Source: Botryllus schlosseri (Eukaryota). From it: a DNA stretch of 64,000 nucleotides. Below the pieces are notes generated by a model. The model was not told the DNA's origin. It saw nothing but the letters and a program-made list of their open reading frames with translations, and did not search any database. Both the position numbers and the translations under genes were made by a program. Shown piece after piece: positions 1 through 12,925 of this stretch; the stretch's first letter is position 1, and the number at the start of each line of letters is the position of its first letter. Location of the stretch: contig CM119371.1 in NCBI GenBank assembly GCA_051294905.1, forward strand, positions 22,694,001 to 22,758,000, read 5' to 3'.

Positions 1-836
1 TAAAGCCTGGCGTAAGATACTCCCTCATCGGCCATATACGCTTTATTCAATGATTTCTTCTGTCACAGGCACACATAAAACAAGGATACCTCGTAGTTCT
101 GGACAATTGAACCAGTAGCATAATTATGAGTTCAAAATCAACGGAAACTTAACATGTTAAAGTAGTTTGAGTACTATATACCACATTGGAAAGAAAAAGT
201 TTCATATTCTCGTAAGACCCCTTGATGCCAGTTGTACCAGCTAGAACAGCGTTTCACAACCTTTTTGGACATGCGCCCCCCTTGGCGATGGTCAAAAAAT
301 CCCCCCCGCACTTATCGTGATTTCGAAAAGAGCACGTCATCTAATACAGAGGTAGGCAACCTTTTTGCTTATCATGGCGTATTTCGATTACTTATCAAGC
401 AGATAGGAATCAATACACAAAATTGATGATTGCAAAAGCGCGCATCCAATCACTATTTGCCCTTTTCCTCTTATATGCAACACTGGGGCAGGGGGTTTGG
501 GCAACGCATTGACTTGCTCTCTTCGCGACACTATGCGGACTATAATGGCGTTCTGGGCTGTTTCGATGCATTTCCCTATCTATGTTCGCAAATCGTTACT
601 GGTGTAACCGACCAAGCGTTGGAAGGAATTTCAATTCGTAGGCACATAGGATAACACACTGTCCAGTGTCGCGCTAAGATTATAAAACCGTCAACAAAGA
701 ACGTGCATCATTTACTAATCCAATTCAGAAAGGAGACGGCTATTCTCGGCGTGAGGCATGCGCGCCTCCAAATCGATGAGTTTAAAAAGTCACGTTTCCT
801 TATCCTCTGGCGTCGCTTAGATATTCGTCTCATTAG

Positions 837-1653
837 TAGGGCAGTTTTTTTTTTACCTAAAAAAACTAAATTTTGACCAAATTTTGACCTAGCGTATGCA
901 AATTAGATGTTTTCCCACATAATGTTAAAATTGCACCACTTATCTTCATTTCTGGTTTGAACTGACTGTCCTAACGAAGTAGTTTGGCCTGAAAAAACGT
1001 TTTTGGCTTAGAAACAGGCAACTTTTTACATGAATTTTTTTTTAACGAAATCTGGCCCTATGAAGAATTCCAGTGGTTACAATATGTATTATGGTAGAAA
1101 TAATTAAAATATTTTGTAGTACAACGAGAGATGCTTTCCTGGATTCTTGGGTAGAAAGTGCACGTCCTTAATAAGAAGCTTGTCAAGGACGTTCAACAGC
1201 AGCAGTTGTTGGCCGACAACACTCAAGTTGTGCGTACACTGCTGGTCCTGGTGACACACCGGGTTGCTTCATTCTGACAATGTTGTCTACATCACAATTT
1301 TTCATCATGCGCTTCTTAATATAAGAATGATGCAATGCACAAGAAGTCTTTCTTCAGTTAGGATATTGCGGTACGTTGACCATAACACCATGTCTACCTA
1401 TTATTTTTTTTTACCGTTTATGATTCACAATGAGCAGACGATCAGCCGTTTACAACGGTAGTCCTATAAAATAGGCTAAAAGTGGTAAAATATCAAATTA
1501 TAAGTTCACCGACATTGCTAAATCTACGGTACAAACAAAATGCAGACGTCAAAAATTTATTGATTTAATGAAAAATTTTGACAAATTTTGACCTAACGCT
1601 ACAATTTTGACAAAATTTTGACAAATTTTGACATGTCAAAAAAACCCGCCCTA
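837..1653. mobile_element. Non-autonomous hAT element (TAGGG termini)
   Basis: TIRs tagggcagttttttt / aaaaaaacccgcccta; TSD ctcattag/ctcattac; ttttgac subterminal repeats. A partial second copy lies at ~13170-13590. Confidence 0.85.
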
Positions 1654-1815
1654 CTCATTACTATAATTACGTAAATTTCTCAGCTCACATAAGAATCAAT
1701 CCCGTTTTGTGACATACATGGTGATCATGGCGATTTTTCGAACCACGCAATTGGCCATCGGATTTCAGCTGATAAAAAAATGCGGGTATGACGAATGTCC
1801 ATTTATAGTAATTAC

Positions 1816-2311
1816 TAGGGCGAGTTTTTGCAACTTTTGTAACTTTTTTTTACAGCTAAATACTCGGAAATTGTGTAGAATGCTATTTTAAGCTGTTGAA
1901 GGAATCTTATAGTGCAAATTGTTGCAACTTTTGTCCATTTTATTTCATTCAACTTTTTCGATTTTTCATGAAACATTTTGCAAGTTTTTTTGATTTTTCA
2001 TGCAACCAACGTTTTACTGGAAATATCTAGCAGTATATGTAAATAGATCGCTTGATTGTAGGACTAAAATACCGTAAATCAGCACTGAAGTAACGCACTA
2101 ACGGGTATTTCGGGAGCTGAACCGGAAAGTTGACCTTTATTTTTTTAGTCAAGCAACGGAGAATGTGGATGGAAAACGGTTTTTCAGGAGTGGAACTGGA
2201 GAGTTGACCTTTATGTTTAGTCAACCGACCAAAATGTGATCTTGTAGTGCAACTTTTGTGAAAAATAAATGCAACTTTCCACGGATTTCACTGCAACAAA
2301 ATCTTGCCCTA
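1816..2311. mobile_element. hAT MITE
   Basis: TIRs tagggcgag / cttgcccta; perfect 8-bp TSD gtaattac; tgcaac subterminal repeats. Confidence 0.9.
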
Positions 2312-2686
2312 GTAATTACAGAGCAGCGCGGCATATCCAGACTACCCAGGTTTGGCGCCTATGTTTGAACTTGAATAATTAGAAAAGGTGGTGCCAAAGA
2401 TGCAGCAATTCTTCATTTCGTGAACGATTACCGTAAAATTATATGAATTCACCGTTACTAGAAGCATAGCATCTTATGAAATACATCGGGCCCGTAGCTA
2501 CTTCCAAACAACCGGCTCCAGCTCCGGATTCACTTAAATTTTATTTAGATCTCCGGCTTCGCTGAAAATGCGCGGATCTGGGGCTTGCTCCGGCTCCGGC
2601 TCGATATCCCGGCCAGAACCAGGTTTGCATACTAACAACTCAAATCCGCTTCAAAATAAATATATGGAATCACATGCTCGAAATAT

Positions 2687-3355
2687 TTATGGTCTGCTGA
2701 AACCGAACATTTCAAAATCGTTCCGGTAACTGTTATATATGTCTTCGATGGTTCCAAGAGGAACTGAAGCCATGTATTTTTCCAATTTCTCTATGTCTGT
2801 TTGCTCTGATGCAGCGTAATTGCTCGGGAATGACATGTTCTCCATTCGCAGCATCTTCATGAACTCAGTCATGTCATTGTTAATAGTTTCGACATGCGCG
2901 ATGAAGTCGTACCGTATCGTGCACGGTAGACATAAGTCGTAATATAACTTCCAATGTCGATCTCTGTCCCTATCCATGGCTGCGTATTTCAGAAACTCAG
3001 CGAATGTCGCCAACTTCGTACCCCGGCCTTCCGCCGATACATTTGAGTGAATCTTTCGCGACATATCCGCGAAGTCCCTGCTCCAAGGATACTCCTTTTC
3101 GAGTTTATTTCGATACGCCGACAAGAGTCTGTAAACCGGATCGCGTACTATGATCAGTCTCTTGTAATTTCGTAACCGTTCCGCGATTCCTGTCGCGTTT
3201 CGCAAGCGCCTCAGGTCTAATTTGGCGTCGGCTAATCGGTGCGCAAGCTCTGACTTGACTTCTCTCGGGTTTGTAGTATTCACTAACTTTTCCGTGGTAA
3301 GTAGTACCTTCTTCATGCTGGAGCTAGCGCATTTCGGTATCTCGCAGAGAATGAA
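2687..3355 (-). CDS. Carbohydrate sulfotransferase (HNK-1ST/CHST8-14 family, Sulfotransfer_2), last coding exon; model complement(join(2687..3355,5776..5967,8600..8683)), ~314 aa
   Basis: 5'PSB-like motif CEIPKCASSSMKKVL, 3'PB motif IVRDPVYRLLSAYRNK, HW..YYDLCLPCTIRYDFIAHVET and C-terminal Y..DFEMFGFSRP*. Strong acceptor tcttttcgttttcag|TTC at 3356/3355, so the first 40 aa of track ORF 2687..3475 are probably intronic. Confidence 0.93.
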   Translation of the reverse strand, partial: FILCEIPKCASSSMKKVLLTTEKLVNTTNPREVKSELAHRLADAKLDLRRLRNATGIAERLRNYKRLIIVRDPVYRLLSAYRNKLEKEYPWSRDFADMSRKIHSNVSAEGRGTKLATFAEFLKYAAMDRDRDRHWKLYYDLCLPCTIRYDFIAHVETINNDMTEFMKMLRMENMSFPSNYAASEQTDIEKLEKYMASVPLGTIEDIYNSYRNDFEMFGFSRP

Positions 3356-4583
3356 CTGAAAACGAAAAGATGCAGTGTCAAGTTTCGGTTCAAAAATAAT
3401 CTGTCTACGACGTAGTAGCGCTATATGCAGGTTCGTTCGAATCACCTCTAATGGTATAAAAGTCTTGTGCTCCATGGGCCCTGTTCCAAACTAATCGTAC
3501 GAGAAAGCACTGATGTCGATAACTATTCTTCATGCGATCTGTCATATATATATATTTCCAGAACTCATTTCAAACCAATGAGGCATAGAGAATTGCAACG
3601 TATTAAACAACTTTTGCGATGAGAGTTTGGAGAATACGTAACAATTTTGTTAGCTTAACGCTGATGGGAAATTACATAAATCGTGTCAACGCCGTGGCGG
3701 CCCAGATTGATGCGGATTGCGTTGCCGTCAACATATCATCATCAGATGTAGTCAGGGTAGTCTGGATTGGTACTCAAGGATAAGTAACACCCTTTATTTC
3801 TAATCAATTGCAACTAGAAGTAGCGATATAATAGAATATGTCGCAACTAATGCAAGTAGAAGTTTGAAGGTAGAGGTCTAGAATGTATTGGATGAGTAGT
3901 TCAAAAAGAAGGTTTGGTCCAATCATCGCATACTTTTAGTAAAGTCGATAAGTGGTGGCATCTTGAAATTGAAAGTTGCATAATCGCGAATAACACAAAA
4001 CGACTGAACGCAATGTAAAGGTAGCCTTAGTCAAAGTTCACAATTGGTTCAAGCTTTGACGATATATTCAATTCATATGACACAGAGATCATTTCACTGG
4101 AAGGCCATGACAATTTCACTCGTAAAAGCGATGTCAACATATCGTAAAACTACTGTCTTAAATCCCAAAGGAGGTCGTTGTTGTTTACTAAACAAACGAT
4201 TTGGACCAAGAGCGGTGAAATTCACCATATAAAGCAGGGTTCTTAAATCATGGTTCACTAATGGTATACTATGGGGTCGCAACGCCACCAGAGCGACTCT
4301 TGAATACAAATGCAACTAATCTTGAATTTTTGCAACAAAAACATTTCTTCGGCGCTTCGCACGATTTCCTGTGGATAGTTTGTACATATCCTGCGTCATT
4401 GTGTTAGGTACTATAACCAATAAGCGAGACACGTAGACAAGTCGTTGCTACAATATGGCTTGATCATGAAAATGTGCCGAACTTTGCATTATCAAATTGG
4501 TTTGGATTCATGATTTTCCGACATTAGTTCTCTGTAAAACACCGTCGGAGACCGATAAGATGCTTAAGTATAGGGATGTACAA

Positions 4584-5145
4584 TAGGGGTGTTCAAAAAT
4601 GACCTTTTTTTTCTCAACTCGTAGTGGCTACCTGATAAAATTGTTAGGTTACCTAATTCAAGCCTACACACCAAATTTGGTTCAATTCCAGCCAGTAGCC
4701 GCATTGCTGCAGGAGAAGAAAGTTTCTATTTATTGTCTAAAAGTATATAACAAAAAAGTGCTGTCGAAAAATTTGGATTTGAATAAAATAGTAGTTAGGG
4801 TGGGCACCACTAAAATATATAATTAAAGAATTGGTCACCGTAAAAACAATTCTAGTCATAATACAAATTTTGTGACGGCAATAACTCCGCTTCCGCTGGT
4901 TGCAATTCAATCAAATTTGGTGAACATCGTTTCTATAGACAACCTAACACTTTCATAGGGTGAACAGAAAATTTTTTCTTTGATTTATTTTTATATAATG
5001 AATAGAAACTTTCTTCTCCTGTAGCAATGCGGCTACTGGCTGGAATTTAACCAAACTTGGTGTGTAGGCTTGAATTAGGTAACCTAACAATTTTATCAAG
5101 TAGCCAGTACGATTGGAGAAAAAAAGTCATTTCTAAACACCCCTA
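4584..5145. mobile_element. Long-TIR hAT MITE within the sulfotransferase intron
   Basis: taggggtgtt...aacaccccta with long internal inverted arms; perfect TSD atgtacaa. Confidence 0.9.
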
Positions 5146-5775
5146 ATGTACAACGACCGGGTGAAGGACTACGAGCCACAGATATTTCGAGGCCAACCCC
5201 TTCGATGTCGAGACTGATGAAGGCAAGGTGTTTAGGCATACATACGGCTGTGCACAATGCGGTGCCAAAATGATCGTTGTCGATGAAATTTTGACCAAAA
5301 ATGACCGTGGGTCGTCGGCTGGAACATTCCATATTGATATGTCCGGTCGTCGAAATGATCAGGGACCGAATATTCCAGTCCTTGTAATCCCAGTATGGGT
5401 AAGAACCTCTGTTATAAACGTAGGAAACAAATCCACCGGGTAACAACGTAAGCGGTCTTGCTTCAGTAACTATTCATTAAAGGTGGAAGTAGCCACAAAG
5501 CATCCAGCGTCAGCAGAGGTGGCAAGTAACGAAATACATCTTCTCTTCGAAGTACTGCAAGTAGATTTTGCCTACTTACGCTACGTTCCCTAATGGTCAT
5601 GTATATAAACTACTTCTGGTACTACTACGTCACAGTTTTCGGTTTATTAGGCAAAACTCTGCCGAGAATACTTATCTTACCGTATATTTATTATAAAAAA
5701 GTGAATAAGGGTAGAATAAGGTCTGAGTTAAATAAAAAAAACAGTAAAAAACGATTCGATCCGACTGGCACTCAC

Positions 5776-5967
5776 CCGATGTTTGTCAGAGTACAGCAGT
5801 TTGACTTTCGGCTCTAATTTCATGACGTCAAAATCGTCGTCGATGTTGCCTAACTTTTGTCGCTGACATTCTTCACGAAGAAGTGATTGACGCTTTCTTT
5901 GTAACTCCATAAACCCGACTTCGAAATTATTTCGGCGTCTGTCGACGTGTCTGGTGCTCCACGTGTT
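5776..5967 (-). CDS. Sulfotransferase exon 2 (stem region)
   Basis: Acceptor gctaacag|AAC, donor CGG|gtgagt, phase 0-0. Encodes NTWSTRHVDRRRNNFEVGFMELQRKRQSLLREECQRQK...KLLYSDKHR, which joins to FILCEIPK to give the family motif LLYSDKHRFILCEIPK. Confidence 0.88.
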
Positions 5968-8461
5968 CTGTTAGCAATACATTTTGATTCAAGTGATACT
6001 GTAACCTTTTCGAAATACTTCATGGGATTTAACACTGTTGAGGCTTCATGAAGCCATCAATCCTAACACCTGAATTTCATAGGTAATGCATGAAATCTTT
6101 CGATCAATCCACGTCTTTAAACCTGCGTTTGAACAACTCGTCGAGTTCGTTTATTGAAAATATCGCTTAAAGTACAATTAAATGAGCGTGTTCTCAGAGG
6201 TGCCGTGGACACGGACAAAAAATTAGTAATCAGGCTTACATGACGATTAATATTGTAGTTTCATTTGCAGCAATGCTGTTACCGTTTCTGCGTATATCGA
6301 GAATTCGGTAATTTGTTGGACCATACCATGGCCTGTAATACTCCAACAGTACGCAATGACGGAACTCCGTGGATATGTGAGCATGCGACACTTCAGCAAG
6401 TGTCCAACCCGTGGGCCATGGCCCCCAGCGGGCCATGACGAAATATGATATAATATATCTTCCGAAGTCTACTTCACTATAACAAATGAAATAAATTGAA
6501 ATTGAAGCTGCAAGAAGAGACAGCAACCCAGCAGGTTATGATCCGATCAACAAATCCTGTCTCACATCGCATAGACAAGGTAAATCATTGCTCCCAAATG
6601 AAGCGACAAGAAGAACCTGCCCAGCTTTAATCACGCCTGTTCTTTCAGTATTCAGTGTCTACACCACCTTTCAGAACACTGCAAAACTTCACGCGGATCG
6701 CAGAATTATTTCTGCGGGTTGCAGGTTGCACGGCACTGGTGTTGCCGATGACGCACATCCTTGGGTGAATTTCGATGTGTTCAGCCGATTCAGGTTTAGA
6801 ACTAGGTGAAACCTTTCTTAGCGAACGCATAGTGTTGAAAGTACTCGTACAATTAATTAATCTTTGTCTACATTAGAACATGCTGCTTCATAAAAGTGGC
6901 ATAGCCTACTACAAAAATGTGGGTTAATTGGGTGTACGAGTATCGTGGTTATACTCTGACGTTTTAAGCCATTTCAGTTAAATCTTTGTATCTTAGATTC
7001 AAATGACACTTTATACAAAGCATATGCCAATATATATGATATGGCCTTATAAAGAAATGTATCACTTCTATATAACTTTGCGGCCGTCTAAAAGGCCCGC
7101 CGAATAACATCGAGAAGAGTGTAACATCAGGCCTTCGGCATCTATTGGCGCTAATTTTGGCATCTCCCTCTCTGTTCATTACATCGCAGTGTGTCTTGTA
7201 TATGGCATGGTAGATCGTGTGTCTCTTGATCGGAAAAATATAATCTGACGGTTATTCATTATTATTATTAATGACACAGAATACCGGACCGATCAGGAAT
7301 TATCACTGACTCAAAAGTAACAAATACAGTTAAGATATAGCCTACTATCTGGTCAACCGAAATTCAAAATCAAGCATCAATATATGATGTAAATATAATG
7401 TATGGTATGACACAATGATGACTAATAAATAAAATATGAAATACCGTTAGTTTTATTGCTGCTGCTGTGGCTTCATATCACTCAAGAGGTGCTCCGCAAC
7501 CACTTAGCCTTTTTCACCCCACTAGTTTGTGAGCCCGTGCGTTATATCGTCGCAACCACACAGTAGGGCGAAGATGAGACTGATATCGTTCGTTGTACGC
7601 ATAATTCAATAACAATTGATCACATACCCAATTCCTTATGACTTCGCGAGCAAGTGTTCTCTTGTTTTTGTGTTCTATACTATCGCGTTGATGAGCAGGT
7701 TTATCCCTCCAATTCTTCGATAACAAAAATTAATAGCTTTAGTGGATGTGTTTACGTAAAGAGCATATGGATGCAATATATGATAAGATATCAGTAACTT
7801 CAATATTTAGTGACTACCTCCTGTGTGTGCAAGGTTTGTCGAAGACATTTCACACACCCGTTTCTGAGATTTGACGGGTGGTTTGGATACTTGAAACGAA
7901 ATATGTTTAGTTTTGATGATAAACCCGATAAAATTGAGTAACTTCCTTTGCGGAGGGACCCAGTATCTGAGCATCAATGATTCACAAAACACCGACAATG
8001 AAAATTTAAGAGGATTAGCAACTCAACAGCGCTATCTCGCGAAGGGCTAACGCTAAGCAATCACCATGAAATTATCACAGCTGCTACGTGTCGTTATGTT
8101 GTGAAGAAAATATCACAATTTGTAGTCCTAGCTCACTGAATTTAAATTTGACGAGAGAAGTAGTTACGAGTACGACTGCAAATTCGTTCGAAATCGTAGG
8201 AATTATCAGTTTCTTTTGAAGCTATATAAGGAATATTTACGATGGAGTAAACTGCTATGGAATATTTTCGCAGTAAACCAAAATACTGTAAATCAGAAAT
8301 GTTGCAATTCTTAGGTAAGTTTTGTGGAGATAAGGTGGTGACGTAAAAACAGTGGTACCATGTTAATATCTCAAACAGAATAAAAAAGTGAACATTATTA
8401 CATTTTCTTAGGTTTTACAGTTGCTAATCCCCATTAACAACGAAACTGATAAGTCTTTAGG

Positions 8462-8492
8462 CAGGGATATCTAGAACTTCTAGATATCCCTG
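8462..8492. mobile_element. 31-bp TIR-only hairpin micro-element
   Basis: cagggatatctagaacttctagatatccctg flanked by tctttagg/tcttcagg (8-bp TSD, 1 mismatch). Confidence 0.75.
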
Positions 8493-8599
8493 TCTTCAGG
8501 TATAAACATTCCAGTCAATGGACAGATATATTGGCAACACTCAATAAGCGTATCTACGTAATAAATATGATATTAATTTTCATGATGAATGATACTTAC

Positions 8600-8683
8600 C
8601 GGTTGTCGGCATGATATAAATATACAGAATACAATCAACGCACCAATTAGAGAACGCGAAAGTGTCCTGATAGGCTTATTCAT
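8600..8683 (-). CDS. Sulfotransferase first coding exon (type II membrane signal anchor)
   Basis: MNKPIRTLSRSLIGALIVFCIFISCRQP|gtaagt: basic N-terminus, hydrophobic stretch and a perfect phase-0 donor matching the exon 2 acceptor. Confidence 0.8.
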
Positions 8684-9313
8684 TTTACTATTTAAAGTAT
8701 ATATTTTATCTGTAATATAAAAAAGCAAGTCATTTTTAACCTGCGTGAGTATAACTGGTAATTGGATATTAGAATAAATTCTTCGTGCTCCGAGTGGACT
8801 CTACGAGCTTATTAAACCGGTAACATAATTTGCTACAACAGTTGGGCCTGATCCTAAACATGACGTGTCATCCCTTTTATTAACACAATACGATTGTTTT
8901 TCGAAAAAAAAACATGTTCTAAAATTTGATATCTTACGTGGTTAATGGCCTTCTGATACCAAAAATATTTAATTGCGGTGATACTGATATTCGAAATTCA
9001 TTACAAACCGAATCCACAATATTCAGGTAGACAGTATCCCCTGTCAGATCCTTGTTGGTTGGACACCAAAATAGCACATTAAATGAGAAAAGGCTTCACG
9101 GCTAGTGGTGCACTACAGATTAGTGGTTACAATTCATGTATTGGTCACCCTATATATAAGGGAGGGGGGTGACGAAGTGCTGTGTCGGTCCCGGAAACAA
9201 GATATGTTTTAAAGCTCTTTTAAAGAATGGTGTAAACAATTTTTATTGAAATATATCAAATAAAACATTTCATAACCTGTATACTATGTCATAATTGTTT
9301 AAATACTTTAGAA

Positions 9314-9520
9314 CAGGACTGGCCAACCTTTTCAGCCAAAGGGCCACATTCGATTGACGAAATATTGCGCGGGCCACTAGTCGCGCAAAGCGCGAAAATT
9401 TTTTGAGGTTTATAGGTCAATAATATTGTCACTTGACTATATTGCGGGCCCGTTGTATATCGCTGGGCTCAGTTTTCGAGGACTGGGCTATTCGGTGCAT
9501 TGACATATCGTTATCGAAAG
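9314..9520. mobile_element. hAT MITE left arm (related copies begin at ~50972 and ~61945)
   Basis: caggactggccaaccttttcagccaaagggccacattcgattgacgaaatattgc recurs nearly identically at ~50972-51165. The right end was not defined. Confidence 0.7.
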
Positions 9521-10138
9521 CTGCGTCCAACATGCGTCAATAATTTCGTGCCTAGGTTTCATAGTCGACGGTCTTACTGCGATCGGTCATATTATATAAC
9601 GTTCATCAGAGGTTGAGGTCACATCAGTAAACAGTATCATCCTCTATGATAGATGAAGATATATTTTGAAGATTTAATTATGCGGCTCTCAAATTCAAAA
9701 TGTATTTAAGTAATCATTTTGACCAAAAAGCTTCAAAGCATCTTGCAAATTGGGCCCGCATTCTCAAAAGTGGCGTCCCTTTCTTCGAATTCGACACGCT
9801 TTGCGCCCCGGGTAAAATACCCAGTTCAAATCATTTCGTGGAAAATAATCCGACGTAGCATGACGGGAGTATTTTAACGGGTAATATGCGATATAAAGGT
9901 ATGCGCAATGAATTTTACATGAATGATAACAAGCCACTGTGGACACATGGACACATGTTGCAAACATTGTTGGCATATATTTCACACGCAGCTCGATGAA
10001 AAATTTCGAGATTAGACAGATTTTGTCGATTGTGGAAATGTTTCATGCTAATGTTGTTCTGGATAAAGATATTCTTCGGTCCGTTTAGCACAAGGGTTAG
10101 GAGACTCCTTCTTCAAATGAACCATGTTGGGTCTAGAG

Positions 10139-10908
10139 CAGAGGTGGGCAACCTTTTTGCTAATCACGGCCGCATTTCGATTACTTATGTAGCCTACGGC
10201 CGCATTCGAGGGCATAGCCGTAATGAACTAATTAATCGGTAAATACCTATGTTAAACTGTCCATGTCCATTTCCGGTAAACTTCGGACTATTCTACTTTT
10301 CATATCTGCCTGTTATACGCACCGGAATCGTTAGTGGTAATATTATGAGCAGTTACTGAGCTATGTTATGGTCGCGCGAAGCGCGAAGATATCTCAGATC
10401 ACGAATGGTGCCGTCATTAATGGTAGCATTGTCACATATTGCTATCAAATATTTATCCTTCCCAGCCCATGTGATCAGATTCACCGGTAGAGATGATAGT
10501 GGGAATATTCTCAAAAATTTAGGGCAATAATGATAATGCATCTTGTGGTGGGCCAATTGTTCTTAGTCACATCGTTGCATGCTGTTATTTCTGCTGAATC
10601 GTCGGTATAGTGGAAATATATTGGAATCGCCCAAATGTAAGAGAAACAAATTTCTTTCGTGAGGAGCAAACGATTTCGGTTCCAGCTCAGATTACAAAGG
10701 GCCCTACTATATTAAAATCGAGAAAAGAAGTCGCACGGAATCGCGCGGAGCGAAAGAAAATTATAAAGATTAATAAAAATGTGTCAAAAATTCGAGAGTG
10801 AATTTGTAATTTCAATTTGTATGTCGATGGCCGCCAACACATACTAATTAAATTACGTGTCGAGGGTCGCACACATTCCCTGCTACGGCAGCAGGTTGCC
10901 CACTCCTG
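10139..10908. mobile_element. hAT (Charlie/Buster-type) MITE
   Basis: TIRs cagaggtgggcaacc / ggttgcccactcctg; TSD gtctagag/ctctagag. Confidence 0.9.
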
Positions 10909-11557
10909 CTCTAGAGTTACAATTGTAATTCTCAAGATATCATCAGTCAACAGTAACGTCACTATTAGAGATTCCTAACGTCATGGTAACAAGAGATGTT
11001 TTAAATAAGGGTAATGTTTCAAACATTAATGTTGCAAATTGATTTTTGTTTTACATGCAACCCCATGACTACTACACAGTATTGTTACTTCTGACATGAT
11101 TTCCGGAAACACACAAAATCCGAGGAAAATAGAGTCGATGGAGATGGAGCGTTTCTCGGATCAAATGACAGAAACGATACGGCATTCTTCATGAGACAGG
11201 CGTTAACCTCGTAATCTCATTACTATAGGCTAAATAACACGGTTCGATGTACATCGAAGACAATCTACCACAGATAGACGTAATTGTCCACGAGTCGTAA
11301 AAACACTGGATTAGCGGGAAACGCAACACCGATTCGAAATAACTGTTCCGTCACCTTCGAACACTATAGATCAGGGGTGTCAAACTCAACTTGCGTCGCG
11401 GGCCGGATTCAAAAGTTTTGATCGCTCGCGGGCCGGTCCAGACAAATGATTCCAATATGTTACCTCCAAATCCATACCCTTGCTATCCACTGGAATGCTT
11501 TATTATCGACGCTATATGCAAAACAGTATTATATATTACATCGCGGATCATGTAGAA

Positions 11558-12434
11558 CAGTGTTTCTCAACCGGGGGTCCGTGAAGCTTTTTCATGGGGT
11601 GCGCGAAGCCCCTAAATTTGTAAAATGCTTGATAACCAAATTTTTATTTTATTTTTTAATAAGGAAAAGCATTGGCCAGTTTCGCTTCGTGATAGCTAAA
11701 ACTTTAGGACTCACAACATTGAAATGGTCGTCTGAGTTGAAATATACGACTGTGCAAACTCATTGTAATTGTCAAATTGTTAATAGCCTGCTGATGCGAA
11801 CATATCGCTGTTTACGGATGTTTTGTTGGTGTTTGTGTAAAAATGAAATGTTGGAGATGTGGTGGTCAGACAAGCAAACATTTCGGATTAGAAGTCGTCA
11901 GTCTCGGCAAATCAGTAAGCAATCGTTGGAAATCGAAATTCCTGAGTTTTTTCCAATATGTCCCGATGAAGGAATTGAAACCTCGCCACGAAATCCATTT
12001 TCTCGTGTGATATAACCACTAAATAACTTCAATATGAGATGCTATATAGAAATGACTATAGGCTGGGCCCACGTGGTATGTTCATTAAAAACCCACACCA
12101 AAAGCTGTCGTCGGAAGCGGTACGCGTTAATAATACATTCGCGACCAATATATCGGCGCTCATTCATATCAAATCGAATACGCAGATTTTCTCGACAATA
12201 AATACAGATGTAAAATTACCTTCGAAATAACAAAATTCCACCAAATTTCTGCATATAGTGGGCTGTTATTTTCAAGAAAGTCATTTTGTGGCTGTTTATC
12301 ACAAGCCAACATTTACTATTTGCACAAGACAGTTGATGGTTGCACGATAATTTAGCTAACTTTGAACCAAAACTTAAGGGGGTCCGTGACAGTCCAAAAG
12401 GGGTCCGCGAAGACATAAACGTTGAGAACCACTG
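11558..12434. mobile_element. hAT MITE (same family as 16504-17948, opposite orientation)
   Basis: TIRs cagtgtttctcaac / gttgagaaccactg; TSD atgtagaa/atgtagtt; inserted into another element that starts at ~11372. Confidence 0.85.
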
Positions 12435-12530
12435 ATGTAGTTTCTATTCGAGCAACACCGTCATTCGCAAACAATGGGGCATTGTCAAACATTCGATGAT
12501 TGGACAATTGAATGCAGATATAAACCACTT

Positions 12531-12925
12531 AACAGTGGCTCTAACGACGATATAAGTTGGAATATTTCCATACTGCCGTTGTATTGATTATGATGCATCA
12601 TTGGCCCTAGGTATTTGTGGAAGGAATGCTAGAGATTGTATAACGCGGGTGCTAGAAATTTGAGCTGTTACTCTGGATACATGCGTTGAGGCCTTTTGGA
12701 TCAGCGCGGGACCTACGTATCGTAGCGTAGGCCCCCGGCCCCGGTCAGCGTAAGTTTAAACAGAAGTGCTATCAAATATATTTCAAGTATATTTTCCGTG
12801 TAGTTCTTTATATTTTACAACGGTTTCGCATTGTAATATTCGCGTCTGTGAATACTATTATTTGGTCCATTTTTCAGAAAACTGTGAACTCAATTTGCAC
12901 TTTTTGCCTTCCCAGAATTTCAGAA
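12531..12925. repeat. Segment duplicated at 25537-26339
   Basis: Direct, readily aligned similarity (aacagtggctctaacga...cagaat). The second copy is interrupted by the 25703-26109 element. Confidence 0.9.

Noticed and set aside
3356..3475. N-terminal 40 aa of track ORF 2687..3475 as the real protein start
   Set aside because: There is a strong acceptor at 3356 and an upstream exon that restores the family motif; this stretch has no signal anchor.
5154..5460. FDVETDEGKVFRH...SGRR as an LTR-retrotransposon integrase tail
   Set aside because: The similarity is too short and no LTR or other pol motifs were seen.
6480..6640. Hydrophobic peptides as the sulfotransferase signal-anchor exon
   Set aside because: No clean ATG with a phase-compatible donor; 8600-8683 fits better.
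11446..12015. 189-aa ORF and the many other 60-140 aa track ORFs
   Set aside because: They lie within MITEs or low-complexity repeats, often start at TTG/GTG, and show no recognisable domain.
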